A stretch of 64,000 nt of DNA, from NCBI RefSeq assembly GCF_037126435.1, contig NZ_CP147020.1, positions 1,971,293 to 2,035,292 of the forward strand, given 5' to 3'. The notes beneath the pieces are model-generated. The model saw only the letters and a list, made by a program, of their open reading frames with translations. It ran no database searches and had not been told where the DNA came from. A program made the position numbers and the translations under genes. Each line of letters begins with the position of its first letter. The stretch's first letter is position 1. This stretch comes from Bernardetia sp. ABR2-2B. Lineage in GTDB: Bacteria > Bacteroidota > Bacteroidia > Cytophagales > Bernardetiaceae. This document shows positions 48,311-60,500 of this stretch, piece by piece.

Positions 48311-49585
48311 TTATTTAGCTGGAAGAACTTTTCCACTTACTTCGCCAAAACCAATTCTTACAGAATCATTCTGACAAAAACCACGCATTACAATCGTATC
48401 ATTATCTTGAATAAATTTGCGTTCTCCTCCATCTTTCAAGTTGATTGTATTTTTTCCTGCCCAAGAAAGTTCCAACATTGAGCCATACGCTGTTTCATCT
48501 TTTCCACTAATTGTACCTGAAGCACACATATCGCCAACATTAATATTACAACCATTTACAGTATGATGGGTAAGTTGTTGCGCCATATTCCAATACATAT
48601 ATTTGAAATTAGACTTTGAAATTGTAGTTGCTTCTCCACCTTCTGGCATCAAATCTACTTCTAAATTAATATCAAAATTATGTTTTTCTTCGTATTTTAG
48701 ATAATCCAAAACTTCTGGGTCTTGCTCTGGACTGGCTACTCTAAATGGCTCTAAAGCATCAAGAGTAACTATCCAAGGAGAAATAGAAGAGGCAAAGCTT
48801 TTTCCTAAAAAGGGACCCAATGGCACATATTCCCACTTTTGAATATCTCTAGCCGACCAATCATTAAAGACAACCATTCCAAAAATATGATTTTCGGCTT
48901 CGCTGATAGAAACAGAATTTCCTAAAGCAGTAGATTTTCCAACAATGAACGCCATCTCTAATTCAAAATCTAGCAAACGACAAGGCGAAAAAATAGGCTC
49001 TGTGGCATCTTTTGGAAGAATTTGTCCTTTAGGTCTATGAATATCTGTACCCGAAATCACAATTGAAGAAGCACGACCGTGATAACCAACAGGAATATGT
49101 CGCCAATTTGGAAGGAGTGCATCGCCATTTGGACGGAACATTTTGCCTACATTGGTAGCATGTTCGATACTAGAATAAAAATCTGTATAATCACCTACTT
49201 TTACAGGCATGTGCATCGTTACCTGTTCAATCGAAAAAAGAACTTTGTCTTTATGTCGTTCTAAATCAGAACCTGCTTGTAATAATTCTGAAATTTTTTC
49301 TCGTGTTGCTCTCCAATTTTGTTGCCCTAATTCTATAAAAGGATTGAGAACATTTTCATAAAAAACGCTGTGGTCAAAATCCAAATTGTCAAAAAGATTG
49401 AGTTCTGAAAGCTCTGCCAAATCCAATACAAAATCTCCAATACGCACACCTACACGAGCATCTTGTGCATTATCAGTAGAAAAAATACCGAATGGCAAAT
49501 TTTGAATTGGAAAATCAGAATCTTTCGAAACTTCTACAAAAGATTTTAAGGCTGGATTATTAGCTTTGAATGTGTGTGCTGACAT
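48311..49585 (-). CDS. fahA: fumarylacetoacetase
   Basis: 424 aa with the FAH N-terminal domain (…FPIQNLPFGIFS…) and C-terminal catalytic domain blocks. Full length for fumarylacetoacetase. Confidence 0.8.
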   Translation of the reverse strand: MSAHTFKANNPALKSFVEVSKDSDFPIQNLPFGIFSTDNAQDARVGVRIGDFVLDLAELSELNLFDNLDFDHSVFYENVLNPFIELGQQNWRATREKISELLQAGSDLERHKDKVLFSIEQVTMHMPVKVGDYTDFYSSIEHATNVGKMFRPNGDALLPNWRHIPVGYHGRASSIVISGTDIHRPKGQILPKDATEPIFSPCRLLDFELEMAFIVGKSTALGNSVSISEAENHIFGMVVFNDWSARDIQKWEYVPLGPFLGKSFASSISPWIVTLDALEPFRVASPEQDPEVLDYLKYEEKHNFDINLEVDLMPEGGEATTISKSNFKYMYWNMAQQLTHHTVNGCNINVGDMCASGTISGKDETAYGSMLELSWAGKNTINLKDGGERKFIQDNDTIVMRGFCQNDSVRIGFGEVSGKVLPAK

Positions 49586-49779
49586 GAAATATGTGTCGTT
49601 TTATGGTAAGAATATTAGTTTTCAAGATTGCTATACTGCAAATATACATAATCATATAGAACCTTTTTTGTTACGGAAAAATGATAATGAAAATAAATTA
49701 GCTCCTATAAATAAACCAAAAGCCCAAAACTAAATTTTAATTTTGGGCTTTTTTAATTTTATGAAAATGAATTTACCTT

Positions 49780-50487
49780 TTAAGATAACAACAGCTTTTT
49801 ACCATATTTTTTATCTAGTTCTGTGAAAGCAATTTGTCTTTTTGATGAAGTTTTTGAGACTCTTACCTTATCAGCCATTTTTTCATATTCTTTTATCAGA
49901 GTACGCTCTTCTTGTGGCTCAAAGAAATAAATATATCCTGCTGACATTCCTTTGAGAGTGTCTTCATCATCATTCAAATCAATAAAATCTCCCAAAAAAG
50001 GAATAAAACGAAAGAACATCAAAAAATTCATATTGATAGGGTTTTTGTCAATAGACTGTGTAAGTGTCTTGTCTATAATTGCTATTTCCTGTCCTTCATT
50101 TACCCCCAAAACATCATCAAAATAAATAATTCCTTCTTCTACATCTATATCCACAATTCTGAAAAGTGAAGTATAAGATTTATCAAAAGAAGGCACAAAC
50201 TTATTTATCAAAGCAGCTTCTTTTTCTTCTGCTTGTTCTTTTAAGTAAATTTCATATGCCTTGTATTTCTGTACTCGCTGCTCTAAAAGCACATAATCTG
50301 TAAAACAATTGCGATGAGCATTGGTAGCAAAATTGATTTTGGTAGCATCTCCTTGATTATTTATACTTCCAAATGCAGGAATTGCTTCTTGCACAAAATA
50401 TCCATTATAAGCATCAAAAACAGCTTGGAGACTTTTTTTCATGTCATCAGCAAAAGTCTTATAATAATTGAGCGTGTAGTTTTCCAT
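49780..50487 (-). CDS. hypothetical protein
   Basis: 235-aa ORF with no signal peptide and no recognised domain. It sits between the fadL-like gene and the FAH gene on the same strand. Confidence 0.4.
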   Translation of the reverse strand: MENYTLNYYKTFADDMKKSLQAVFDAYNGYFVQEAIPAFGSINNQGDATKINFATNAHRNCFTDYVLLEQRVQKYKAYEIYLKEQAEEKEAALINKFVPSFDKSYTSLFRIVDIDVEEGIIYFDDVLGVNEGQEIAIIDKTLTQSIDKNPINMNFLMFFRFIPFLGDFIDLNDDEDTLKGMSAGYIYFFEPQEERTLIKEYEKMADKVRVSKTSSKRQIAFTELDKKYGKKLLLS

Positions 50488-50671
50488 ATTATTTCTATAA
50501 AATTGATATAGTTTCTGATTAAAATTCTTTAAATTAAAATATCTTTGAAATTACAAAAGTACGAAAAAACTATGGCTTAAAATCTTCATCAATAAATAAG
50601 AAAAAAACCAACTACTATTTGAAGTAATTGGTTTTACTATATTTTGTCAGTTCACTTGTGATTTTCTCTTT

Positions 50672-52288
50672 CTAAAAGTGAAAACCAACTGTTGCAACTA
50701 CATTAGTTGTCGTATTTCTTATATCAATAGTAGGATTTGAATTATCAGATAAGCTATAAGGTGTATAAGCAGTATTAGTAGCCTGTTGAACAACTGCCAA
50801 ATCTACATAAAATGCCTTTTTATGAATGCCCAAACCACCCGAAATACGAGTTTGAAAAGCATCTTCATCTTCTCTACGGAAATCTTCTTTCATTGTGTTT
50901 CCATACAGACCGATTCCACCACGCAAGTAAAATGTATTCAGACGAAGTTCTGCTCCTAAACGATAGTTCATAGTAGAAGCATATAGATTTTTGATAGTTT
51001 GATTATCTGCCGTAAAGCTAAATTCAGCAGGTGGACTAAGTAATTTTGAAGATTCATAATTAATAAAATCAACGTCAGCACTAATAAAACCAAACTTTCC
51101 TACAAAAAATGCAGCTCCTAAAGAGGCACGTAAAGGTGTAGTCATATTATATGTACTTTCTATATCAACTGTACTTTCACCTACATCATTTAAAAAAAGT
51201 GGATTTTCATCTGTTCCATAATTATAATTATTATAAAAAGCATCTATACTTGCATTATACGTATCATTGATAGAAAAATAAGTAGGTGTAGTAATACTTG
51301 CGCCCAAACGAACAGCATAGATAGGACGATAAATCACACCTGCTGTAAGATTTATGCCTGTTCCAGAAATAGATAAGTTTTCACCAATAATCACATTGTT
51401 CAAAACAGGAACTATCGTTTGGTCTGTTACAATTTCTTCGTATTGTTTTACCTCATCATAATTAAATGATTGGATTCCTAAACCTACGCCAAAGAATAAT
51501 TTATCATCATAATTTCCACCATATGAAAAATTCCATTGACTTTGCGCTCCAGAATACTCTATTGTTTCACGTTGTAGAGTTGTCGCATAAGGTACAGGAG
51601 AATCATAGGTGTTCATTCCTCCATTATCATCATTACTTTCTTCAGTCAAGTAAGTATTATAAGCAAGTGCCAATAAATCAGTTGCTCCACCTGATGCTGG
51701 ATAAATTTGACTCCAAGGAATTCCATTAGATTGATCTATAAAATAATCTATAATAGAGTTTTGAGAATTTGTTCCTTCATAACTAGTACGTCTGTGAAAG
51801 CTATTTAATCGACTATATGAAATAGAAAATGCTCCTCCCTTGTAGCCTGATGAATTATTGGAAGGCAAAACAAATGCTCCTCCAAGTTGGGCAAAGTTAA
51901 AATTGAGTTTTGCATCTTCTGTTGGTGTATTTTGAGAACCCAAATTATAAGTAGCATCAGAACCTAAGAAAGAAAGTGAGGGCGAAAATGTAATTTCTGA
52001 ACGCTGCAAATATCCAAGACCAGCAGGATTAACAGAAGCCGAGCTAATATCTCCACCAATAGCTGTTGCTGCACCACCAATGCCTTGAATACGAGCATTT
52101 GCCCCCATGGTAGGAATAGTTTGGGCAAAACGATTAGCATCGATATAATATCCAAAAGCACCTTGTGCTACTGGATTAGTTTGAGCAGAAGCAAAGTCGG
52201 AATAAAAAAAAGTAGTTGCTAAAGTAACTATTCCTATAATTTTTCTTATTGAAAATTCATTTAATTGTATGAGTTTTATAGTTTTCAT
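50672..52288 (-). CDS. FadL/TodX-family outer-membrane hydrophobic-compound transporter (putative)
   Basis: Signal peptide. Conserved N-terminal region with the NPAGL hallmark (…GGDISSASVNPAGLGYL…). Gly/aromatic-rich barrel with a C-terminal …ATVGFHF. Lies directly downstream of susD on the same strand. Confidence 0.55.
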   Translation of the reverse strand: MKTIKLIQLNEFSIRKIIGIVTLATTFFYSDFASAQTNPVAQGAFGYYIDANRFAQTIPTMGANARIQGIGGAATAIGGDISSASVNPAGLGYLQRSEITFSPSLSFLGSDATYNLGSQNTPTEDAKLNFNFAQLGGAFVLPSNNSSGYKGGAFSISYSRLNSFHRRTSYEGTNSQNSIIDYFIDQSNGIPWSQIYPASGGATDLLALAYNTYLTEESNDDNGGMNTYDSPVPYATTLQRETIEYSGAQSQWNFSYGGNYDDKLFFGVGLGIQSFNYDEVKQYEEIVTDQTIVPVLNNVIIGENLSISGTGINLTAGVIYRPIYAVRLGASITTPTYFSINDTYNASIDAFYNNYNYGTDENPLFLNDVGESTVDIESTYNMTTPLRASLGAAFFVGKFGFISADVDFINYESSKLLSPPAEFSFTADNQTIKNLYASTMNYRLGAELRLNTFYLRGGIGLYGNTMKEDFRREDEDAFQTRISGGLGIHKKAFYVDLAVVQQATNTAYTPYSLSDNSNPTIDIRNTTTNVVATVGFHF

Positions 52289-52569
52289 TATATAAGTTAG
52301 TTTTTAGTAAAAATCAAGAGTTAAAAAATGTCTAGAAAATGATTAGAATAAAAATCATTTGTCTAAGTAGTTTAAAAAGTAGATGCAAAAAACACTCAAA
52401 AGGTCGCATCTGTTTCTCATAAATAACTAACTGATAGAGTTAAAAATAGTTAAGTATGATTTTTGATTTAACAACTAGGCATAAAAAAACCACTAGAAAA
52501 ATTAATTCTTAGTGGTTTTTTGATTTATTAAATTCTAATATGATAGAATAAAACGTAAGTTACTTATTA

Positions 52570-53949
52570 TTAATAACCAGGGTTTTGTTCTAAGACACCT
52601 GGGTTTGCATCTCTTTCACGTTCAGGAATAGGTAGAATGATTTTAGGATCATTAAAATCGATTACACTTGGTGCACCACCTAAGTTTGTATTCTCAATTC
52701 TAGTTACTCCTAATCCATTACGTGTAAGGTCAAACAAACGATGTCCTTCAAATGCAAGTTCTCTTCTTCTTTCTTCAAGAACTTCATCTACTGTAATAGA
52801 TCCTAAAGCATCTGCTCCTCTAGCTGAACGAATTGAATTTACATCTGCCAATGCTGCACTAAGATTTCCTAGTTTAGCCTGTGCTTCTGCTCTATTCAAT
52901 AATACTTCGGCATAGCGAATGACTCGTGGACTAGATAGACCAGATATTGCATTTTCACCACCAAACTTAAAATTATAGTCATCTCCATCATCAGGTCTGA
53001 TAAAACCCAAACGGACATCACCTGCTGAATAAACATCAATTAAGTCATTTGTAGGGCGGATATCGCCATAACCACTAGGAATGAAAATATCACCTAAGTT
53101 GTCAGCTCCTCTGTTCTCATCAGCAGCAAATCTTAAAGTAAAGATTTCTTCAGAAGAACCAGAAGCAGCCCATGAATCTACGTAAGCTTGTCCTTGAAGC
53201 AGATCAAATCCATCTACTTGGTTAGCAGCATCAATTGCTTGTTGGTTATCTCCTTTGTAAAGATATACTCTTGATAAAAGTGCATAAGCAGCTTGGTCAG
53301 AGATACGGAAAGGAGTAGAGTATGACATCAATGGAGCAGCTTCTTCCAAGTCTGCAATGACTTGTGCATAAACTTCTGCTACAGTAGCACGTCCGTTAAA
53401 TTCATCCTCAGCCCCTAAGACTACAGGTACTCCTAAGTTAGCGCCATTGCCGTCCGTATAAGGACGACCAATGAGACGTACCAAGTTAAAATGAGATAGT
53501 GCACGACCAAATAAAGCTTCTCCTTTAATAGAGTTACGTAATGCTTCATTTTCTGCTCCACTTGCCTCCAAATTATCTATGTTGGCTAAGATATTATTAG
53601 CAGCTTTGATAGTCTGATAAGCTCTAGTGTATAGATCACGAATAGTACCTGTTTGGGCTACTACATTATAAGAGTAATAATCTACGTAACGTCCAGAGTT
53701 TGCGCTAGTAATAAGTGTATTATCAGCCATTAAATCTGGAATTACTATAATATCACGTCCATAGTAATTTAGTGTCTGCATACGATCATACATACCTAGG
53801 ATTGCAGCATTTGCTGCATCTAAAGAACTAAATACTTGATCATCATTTAGCGACTGTTCTGGCTCTACATTCAGAAAGTCATCGCAGCTAGTTGTAGCAA
53901 GAAGTGTTGCTGCTAATGCGGCCGCTGTTATATATTTTCTTATAGTCAT
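52570..53949 (-). CDS. SusD/RagB-family nutrient-binding outer-membrane lipoprotein
   Basis: Signal peptide plus lipobox (LLATTSCDD…). TPR-like helical SusD architecture. Immediately downstream of the SusC-like gene. Confidence 0.88.
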   Translation of the reverse strand: MTIRKYITAAALAATLLATTSCDDFLNVEPEQSLNDDQVFSSLDAANAAILGMYDRMQTLNYYGRDIIVIPDLMADNTLITSANSGRYVDYYSYNVVAQTGTIRDLYTRAYQTIKAANNILANIDNLEASGAENEALRNSIKGEALFGRALSHFNLVRLIGRPYTDGNGANLGVPVVLGAEDEFNGRATVAEVYAQVIADLEEAAPLMSYSTPFRISDQAAYALLSRVYLYKGDNQQAIDAANQVDGFDLLQGQAYVDSWAASGSSEEIFTLRFAADENRGADNLGDIFIPSGYGDIRPTNDLIDVYSAGDVRLGFIRPDDGDDYNFKFGGENAISGLSSPRVIRYAEVLLNRAEAQAKLGNLSAALADVNSIRSARGADALGSITVDEVLEERRRELAFEGHRLFDLTRNGLGVTRIENTNLGGAPSVIDFNDPKIILPIPERERDANPGVLEQNPGY

Positions 53950-54036
53950 TTTTTATTAAATTTTATTTGTTTTTAGACAAATTTTTATAATAGATATATC
54001 TATAAGATATATCTATTATAAAATATTTTGAAGTAA

Positions 54037-57000
54037 TTACAGAGTGATATCCAGTCCAAATGTAAGTGCTTTTCCATTTGGATAACGGAAGAACTCTGTT
54101 CCAACTTCACTTGCTTCAGGATCAAATCCTGTATAATTAGTAGCAGTCCAAAGGTTAGTACCTTGTACATATACTCTTACTCCAGCTAATTTAGCCTTAG
54201 AAAGCACACTTGTAGGAAGTGTATATCCTAAAGTAACATTTCTCAAACGAACATAAGATGCGTCTTCTAAGTAACGAGTAGAAGCTTGATTTGCATTTAA
54301 GTTACCACCTATTAATGCTTGTGGACGACTTGCAATATCTCCTGGTTGTCTCCAACGATCTTCAATAGTAGCTGCACTTTGATTCAAGGCGTAGAATGCA
54401 CCATCAGAATCTGTGATACGACGAGTATCATTATATAGACTATTTCCTTGTACTACATAAAGTAATGCTGAGAAATCAATACCTTTATAAGATACTGAAT
54501 TGATGAAACTACCATACCATTTAGGCTGTGCATTTCCAACAATTCTACGATTTGCGTCACCATAACTAGAAGTAAGTGTACCTTCTTCAGTAAGCCAAGT
54601 AGGAGCTCCTGTTTCAGGGTCTGCACCTTGATAATCTCTTAAATAGAATGAACGAACTGGCTCTCCTTCTCTAAGTACTTGTGTACCTTGAACGATATCA
54701 ACTCCACCTGGAAGTTCAACTACTTCATTTTTGTTTGAAGTAAATAAGAAAGTGCTTGTCCAAGAAAATCCATCTCTACCACCTACGATATTACGAGTAA
54801 CAACCTGTACTTCTACACCTGTATTACGGATTTTACCGATATTATCATTACGAGTAGTAAAACCTGTTGTAGAAGGAACTGGAACTTCAAATAATAAATC
54901 TACTGATTCACGACTATAATAATCAATTGAACCGTTGATTCTCTCCTTTAAGATTCCAAAGTCTAATCCAACATCAAACTGAGAAGTTCTTTCCCATTTC
55001 AAGTTAGGATTAGCAATTTGTGAAGGAACCGCAGCTGGTTGTCCATTGTATGCAGCTGAAAAGCTGTATAAACCTAAACTAGGAAAGTTATTGTTTGGAG
55101 AATCTTGCGTAGAGAAGTTTGCATTACCAGAAATACCATAACCTGCACGAAGCTTAAGAAGATTGATAATTTCTACATCTTGTAAGAAAGATTCATCTTT
55201 CACACTCCATGATCCACCAACAGCCCAAAAAGTAGCAGATTGATTATTTGCACCAAATCTTGAAGAACCATCTCTACGAACACTTGCAGTAAGACGGTAT
55301 TTACCCATATAAGAGTAATTCGCATTAGCAAAAACAGAAGCAAAGTTATTATCACTACTTGCTCCAAAAGTAGATTCAGGAACAGCTGCAGAGTTAAGTG
55401 TCAATAACAGTCCATTTGCAAAGCCAGTACCTCCAGTACCAAAAGAATTATTTTTGTTAGATTGTGTTTCACCACCTACCAAAACATCAAATGTGTGTAC
55501 TTCATTGAAAGTACGGTTGTATCTCAAAACAGCTTGACTTGTAAGTGTAAAGTTCTCTGTTATACCTTGTGTAATACGTCCTCTAACACCACCGTCAGGG
55601 TCTCTAAGACCACCATCACTAGTAGTAAGGTCAGTAATAGATTTCTCAGAAAGATTAATCCAGTCTATACCTACTTTAGCATCTAAAGAAAGACCTTTAA
55701 TGATTTTATAACTTGCATTTAAATTACCAAGAGTACGGAATGTTCCACTATTTCTTTTATTTAAAGCCGTAGTACGAACAAAATTATCTTGAATAAAAGT
55801 GGCATAACCAACTCCATTGACAAGCTCTCCAGTAACAGGGTCACGAGGCGAATCATAAGGAGCATTTAAATAAGCACCTAATAATGGACTATTGAATTGA
55901 TTACCTGGCGAAGCACTTCTTCTATCAGTATAAGAAACATTCAATTGAGTACCAAAAGAAAACTTGTCATTCGCTTTATGATTGATATTAACACGACCAG
56001 AATAACGGTCAAAATCACTTCCTATCAAAATACCTTGCTGTTCAAAGTAAGAACCTGAAACAAAAAATGTAGTTTTTTCATTTCCACCAGAAGCAGATAA
56101 GTCATGGCTCTGAGTAATACCTGTTCGGAATGCCTCATCTACCCAATTTGTATTTGTATTTCTAGCATCATTAGGAAACTGTGCATCTATTACGCTTTGA
56201 GGAAAGCCTGAGTTTTCAAGTGCTTCAGTATAATAATCCAAATACTGGTCTGTTGAAAGGTTTTCATAACCATTGAAGTTTGGAGTAGTAGTTCCATACT
56301 GAGAACTTAACTTAAATTTTGTTTTTCCACCTTTACCTGCTTTAGTAGTAACTAAGATTACACCGTTTGCACCACGAGAACCATAAAGAGCAACTGCAAC
56401 AGCATCTTTTAATACTGTAATATTCTCTATATCATTAGGATTGATATTGGATAATGGATCTTGAATCAGAGATGTCTCTGTACCACCGTCATTTGTATAA
56501 ATAGCAGAAAGGTCTGGAGAATCCTGAACAATCACACCATCAATTACGTAAAGTGGACTACGGTTTGCACCAACAGACCCTGTACCACGCACTCTAATTT
56601 GAGCAACAGCACCAGGTTGTCCTACACTACTTGTAGTTTGAGCACCCGCTACACGACCTTGAATAAGCTGATTTACATCAGTCAAGGGTACTTGAGCAAT
56701 CTCTTCACCCTCTACTACAGATATAGCAGAAACAAGTTCTTCACGAGTTTTGTTTCCTGTATATCCAGTAACAAAGACAGTCTCTAAGGCTCCATCAGCC
56801 ATAGTTACATCTATAACTGTACGGTTTCCAATAGTCTCTTCTACCACTTTGTAACCTACAAAACGATAAACAAGGGTTTCTGTACCTTCAGGAACAGAGA
56901 TAGAGTATCTTCCTTCCATGTCAGTTTGTGTACCTTGTGTTGTTCCTTTTATTTGAACGGTAGCACCAGGTAAAGCTCCGTCTGCAGAAGTTACAGTACC

Positions 57001-57078
57001 TGTTATTGTTCGTTGTGCCCATGCTGAACTAACAAGCAAGAACATCAACATCATACTAAGTAATAATTTTCTCTTCAT
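54037..57078 (-). CDS. SusC/RagA-family TonB-dependent outer-membrane transporter
   Basis: 1013 aa. N-terminal CarbopepD_reg extension (RTITGTVTSADGALPGATVQIKG…), plug domain, 22-strand barrel, and a C-terminal …TFGLDITL. No STN/anti-sigma coupling domain. Confidence 0.9.
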   Translation of the reverse strand: MKRKLLLSMMLMFLLVSSAWAQRTITGTVTSADGALPGATVQIKGTTQGTQTDMEGRYSISVPEGTETLVYRFVGYKVVEETIGNRTVIDVTMADGALETVFVTGYTGNKTREELVSAISVVEGEEIAQVPLTDVNQLIQGRVAGAQTTSSVGQPGAVAQIRVRGTGSVGANRSPLYVIDGVIVQDSPDLSAIYTNDGGTETSLIQDPLSNINPNDIENITVLKDAVAVALYGSRGANGVILVTTKAGKGGKTKFKLSSQYGTTTPNFNGYENLSTDQYLDYYTEALENSGFPQSVIDAQFPNDARNTNTNWVDEAFRTGITQSHDLSASGGNEKTTFFVSGSYFEQQGILIGSDFDRYSGRVNINHKANDKFSFGTQLNVSYTDRRSASPGNQFNSPLLGAYLNAPYDSPRDPVTGELVNGVGYATFIQDNFVRTTALNKRNSGTFRTLGNLNASYKIIKGLSLDAKVGIDWINLSEKSITDLTTSDGGLRDPDGGVRGRITQGITENFTLTSQAVLRYNRTFNEVHTFDVLVGGETQSNKNNSFGTGGTGFANGLLLTLNSAAVPESTFGASSDNNFASVFANANYSYMGKYRLTASVRRDGSSRFGANNQSATFWAVGGSWSVKDESFLQDVEIINLLKLRAGYGISGNANFSTQDSPNNNFPSLGLYSFSAAYNGQPAAVPSQIANPNLKWERTSQFDVGLDFGILKERINGSIDYYSRESVDLLFEVPVPSTTGFTTRNDNIGKIRNTGVEVQVVTRNIVGGRDGFSWTSTFLFTSNKNEVVELPGGVDIVQGTQVLREGEPVRSFYLRDYQGADPETGAPTWLTEEGTLTSSYGDANRRIVGNAQPKWYGSFINSVSYKGIDFSALLYVVQGNSLYNDTRRITDSDGAFYALNQSAATIEDRWRQPGDIASRPQALIGGNLNANQASTRYLEDASYVRLRNVTLGYTLPTSVLSKAKLAGVRVYVQGTNLWTATNYTGFDPEASEVGTEFFRYPNGKALTFGLDITL

Positions 57079-57581
57079 GAGTAAATTGATTAATTTGATA
57101 ATGAAAAATTTAAAAAAAATAGTTTTCGGAGGGTATATTTATTTTGATAGTTATATAATAACTCATTTAGCTTTTCTGTTCAGAAAAATTATGAATTATA
57201 ATGACTAATTATCATAAATTATATTAAGTCATAAAAATTGACTTTTGTTAGTATAGAACTTGAAGGGGTCATTAAGTTAAGTCTTTTTTAACAGAAAACC
57301 TATTAAATACCATAAAAAGAATAAATTAATTTGATAATTATCAATTTCTAGTATCAATAGCACATCATTGTTCTTAACAAAAGGTAATTTTTATGAATGC
57401 AATTAAGTCAAAATTTATATTAAGACAAAATGATTTTTACAAAATTTTATATAAAAGGGTGTTAAATAATGGCTTTTATCTACTAAACTACTCTATTTCA
57501 AGTTGTTAAACAGTAGCCTGTGCAATGTAAACAATAGTATTTTTTTTAATACAAAGTGTTCTTAATTTAAGATTACTGATT

Positions 57582-60500
57582 TTACATCCGTATTCCCACT
57601 ACAAGCATGTCATCAATTTGGCGTTGTAATCCTTGCCAATGTGTAAAGCTACCTTGTAGTTTCTTTTCTTGCTCTGCTAGAGGAAGATGTTGTATTTTAC
57701 TTAATAATTCTATAAATCGTTTCTTAGAAAATTTTTTGTTCTCCCCACCACCAAACTGGTCTAAAAATCCATCTGTTGTTAAATAAATCATATCATTTTT
57801 TTGAAGGCTAATATGTTTATCAGTAAATGCCTTTTGTTTGTTTTTTAACGTACCTCCAATAGAAAACCTATCTCCTTTTATTTCCTCAATTTTTCCATCT
57901 TTGGTATAAAACAATGAATTTTTTGCTCCAGAGAATGTTACTTTGTAGTTTTCTTTATCTAAGGAAATCATAGACATATCCATTCCATCACGACTTTTCC
58001 ACATTTTACCTGTCTCGTGGAGTACGTTTCCTTCGTTTTGTTTGAGCCAATCTACAATTCCCTCATTCATTTCAGTAAGAATTTTAGAGGGTTCATCTAT
58101 TCGCTTTACTTTAGTCGTCTGCTCAAGCATAGCAAAACCCACTACGGACATAATTGCCCCAGGAACACCGTGTCCAGTACAATCTACTACTGCAAACTGA
58201 CTTATTCCATTTTTTTTCCATCCCCAATAAAAATCTCCACTTACAATATCACGAGGCTGAAACAATACAAAATGCTCCGTAAATGCTTCTACCATTTCTT
58301 CCTCTGAGGGGATAATGGCATCTTGAATACGCTGTGCATAACGAATAGAGTCTGTAATTTTCTTATTTGTAGATTCTATAATTGTGTTCTGTTCCTCTAC
58401 TTTTTCTTTTTCTTTAATAAGTTCTGTTGTACGCAATACTATTTTATCTTCTAATTGCTTTTTCTTCTGCTCTACTCGCCATATTCTCCATCTATAAATA
58501 AGAAAAAGAATTAATAAAGCTATGAGAGCAAATCCTATTTTTGCTTCAAGTGTATTGTACCAAGCTGCTGTAATACTAATTTCGACTGAAATAGGATCTT
58601 CATTCCACACACCATCCGAATTAGAACCTTTAACTAAAAAAGTATATTCTCCTGCATCTAAGTTAGTGTATTGAGCTTCTCCTCTGTCAGACTCTATCCA
58701 GTCTGAATCAAATCCCTCTAATTTATATTGATACTTATTTCGCTCTGGAAGTGAATAATGTAGTGAAGCAAAAGAAAAGGAAAATGAACTTTGCTTATAA
58801 GTAAGTTGTATTTTATCAACAAGGGAAATATGATTCTGAATAAGACTACTATCTCCTATTTCTACCTCTTTATTATTGACTTGAAAATTGGTAAATAAAA
58901 CAGGAGCAATATAGCTATTACCTTTTATACTATCAGGATGAAAATAATTAAGACCATTTATTCCTCCAAAATACATCATTCCACCTCTTCCTTTTGCATA
59001 AGCACCCGAATTGAATTCATTGGCTTGTAAACCATCTTCTACACCAAAATTGGTAAAAGTTGTATCTTGAGGATTAAATTTACTAATCCCTCTATTGGTG
59101 CTAAACCACAAATTCTTTTTAGAATCTTCTAACACTCCATATAACACATTATTAGGAAGTCCATCTTCTTCGGTAAAGTGGGTAAATTTACTGCTTTTTC
59201 TATCTAATGTGTTTAAACCTCCACCGTACGTCAAGACCCAAAAGTTATTCTCATCATCTTCATAAACAGGATATACTCGGTTTGTACTAATACTGTATTT
59301 ATCGTTTACATTGCTTTTATAAGCAGAAAAAACTTCATTTTTTGCATCAAACTTATTAAGTCCTCCACCATATGTACTTATCCATAGTGTTCCTTCAGAG
59401 TCTTCATAAATACCTCTTACTCTATCGTTTGATAAAGAACTAGGAACATTAGGGTCATGTGCAAAAGACTTAAAAGAATTTGTTTTTTCATCATACCTTG
59501 ACAAACCTCCTTTATCTGTGCCTACCCATATTGTACCTGCTTCATCTTGATAAATTACACGTATAGAATTACTCAAAAGTCCTTTTGAAGTTCTTGTTGT
59601 AAAACGCTTTTTCAGAACTGCACCGAGAGAAGGGTTTCTATTATCAAAGACATAAATTCCATCCTCTATTGTACCTACCCAAACTTGACTTTGATTGTCT
59701 TCATATAAAGCATAAATTCCTTTTCCTGCCACTGTTCCGACAGTAGAAGCATTTTCTAGATCTTCTCTATATTTATTCAGTCCCTGTACTGTTCCTATCC
59801 AAAGTATTCCGTGTTGGTCTTCCAAAACACTACGTACAGTATTATCACTCAAACCTGTACGAGAAGCTGTATAGGTGTCAAATTTTATTCTATTTCTATC
59901 AAATTTATTGATACCATAGCCATTTGTACCAATCCAAATAATACCAGCTTGGTCTTCAAACATCGTCAGAATATCATTCGAAGAAAGGCTAGATGGATCT
60001 GTATTACGAGAACGAATAACACGTAAACGAGGCGACTTCCACCATGGTCTCAAATACTGCAAACCATCGTCTGTCATGAGCCAAAGAATCCCTTTGTCAT
60101 CAAGAAAAACACTATTTATATTCAAATACCTATTCTGGACAACATCTATATGATTCGATGTTAAAAAAGTTCTTTTGAAAAGCCCACCTGCTCCACCTGC
60201 CCAAATATTGCCCTCATTATCCATAGTTATACAATTGATAGCATCACGCTTAAAGCCTCTCTCTTCAAACTGCTTTGTTTTTCTATCAAAAAGAGCCAAT
60301 CCTGCATTTGTGCCTATCCATAAGTTTCCTTCTTTGTCTTCAAAGAAACAGCGAACAATACACTCATCAATATCTTTTGTTCTGAATGTCTCAAATGTAT
60401 TGGCATCTTTGATAAAATGAACTAAACCTTCGTCTGTTCCTGCCCAAATCTCACCATTTTTATCACAGATAATAGAACGAACTGTATTGCTGATAATACT

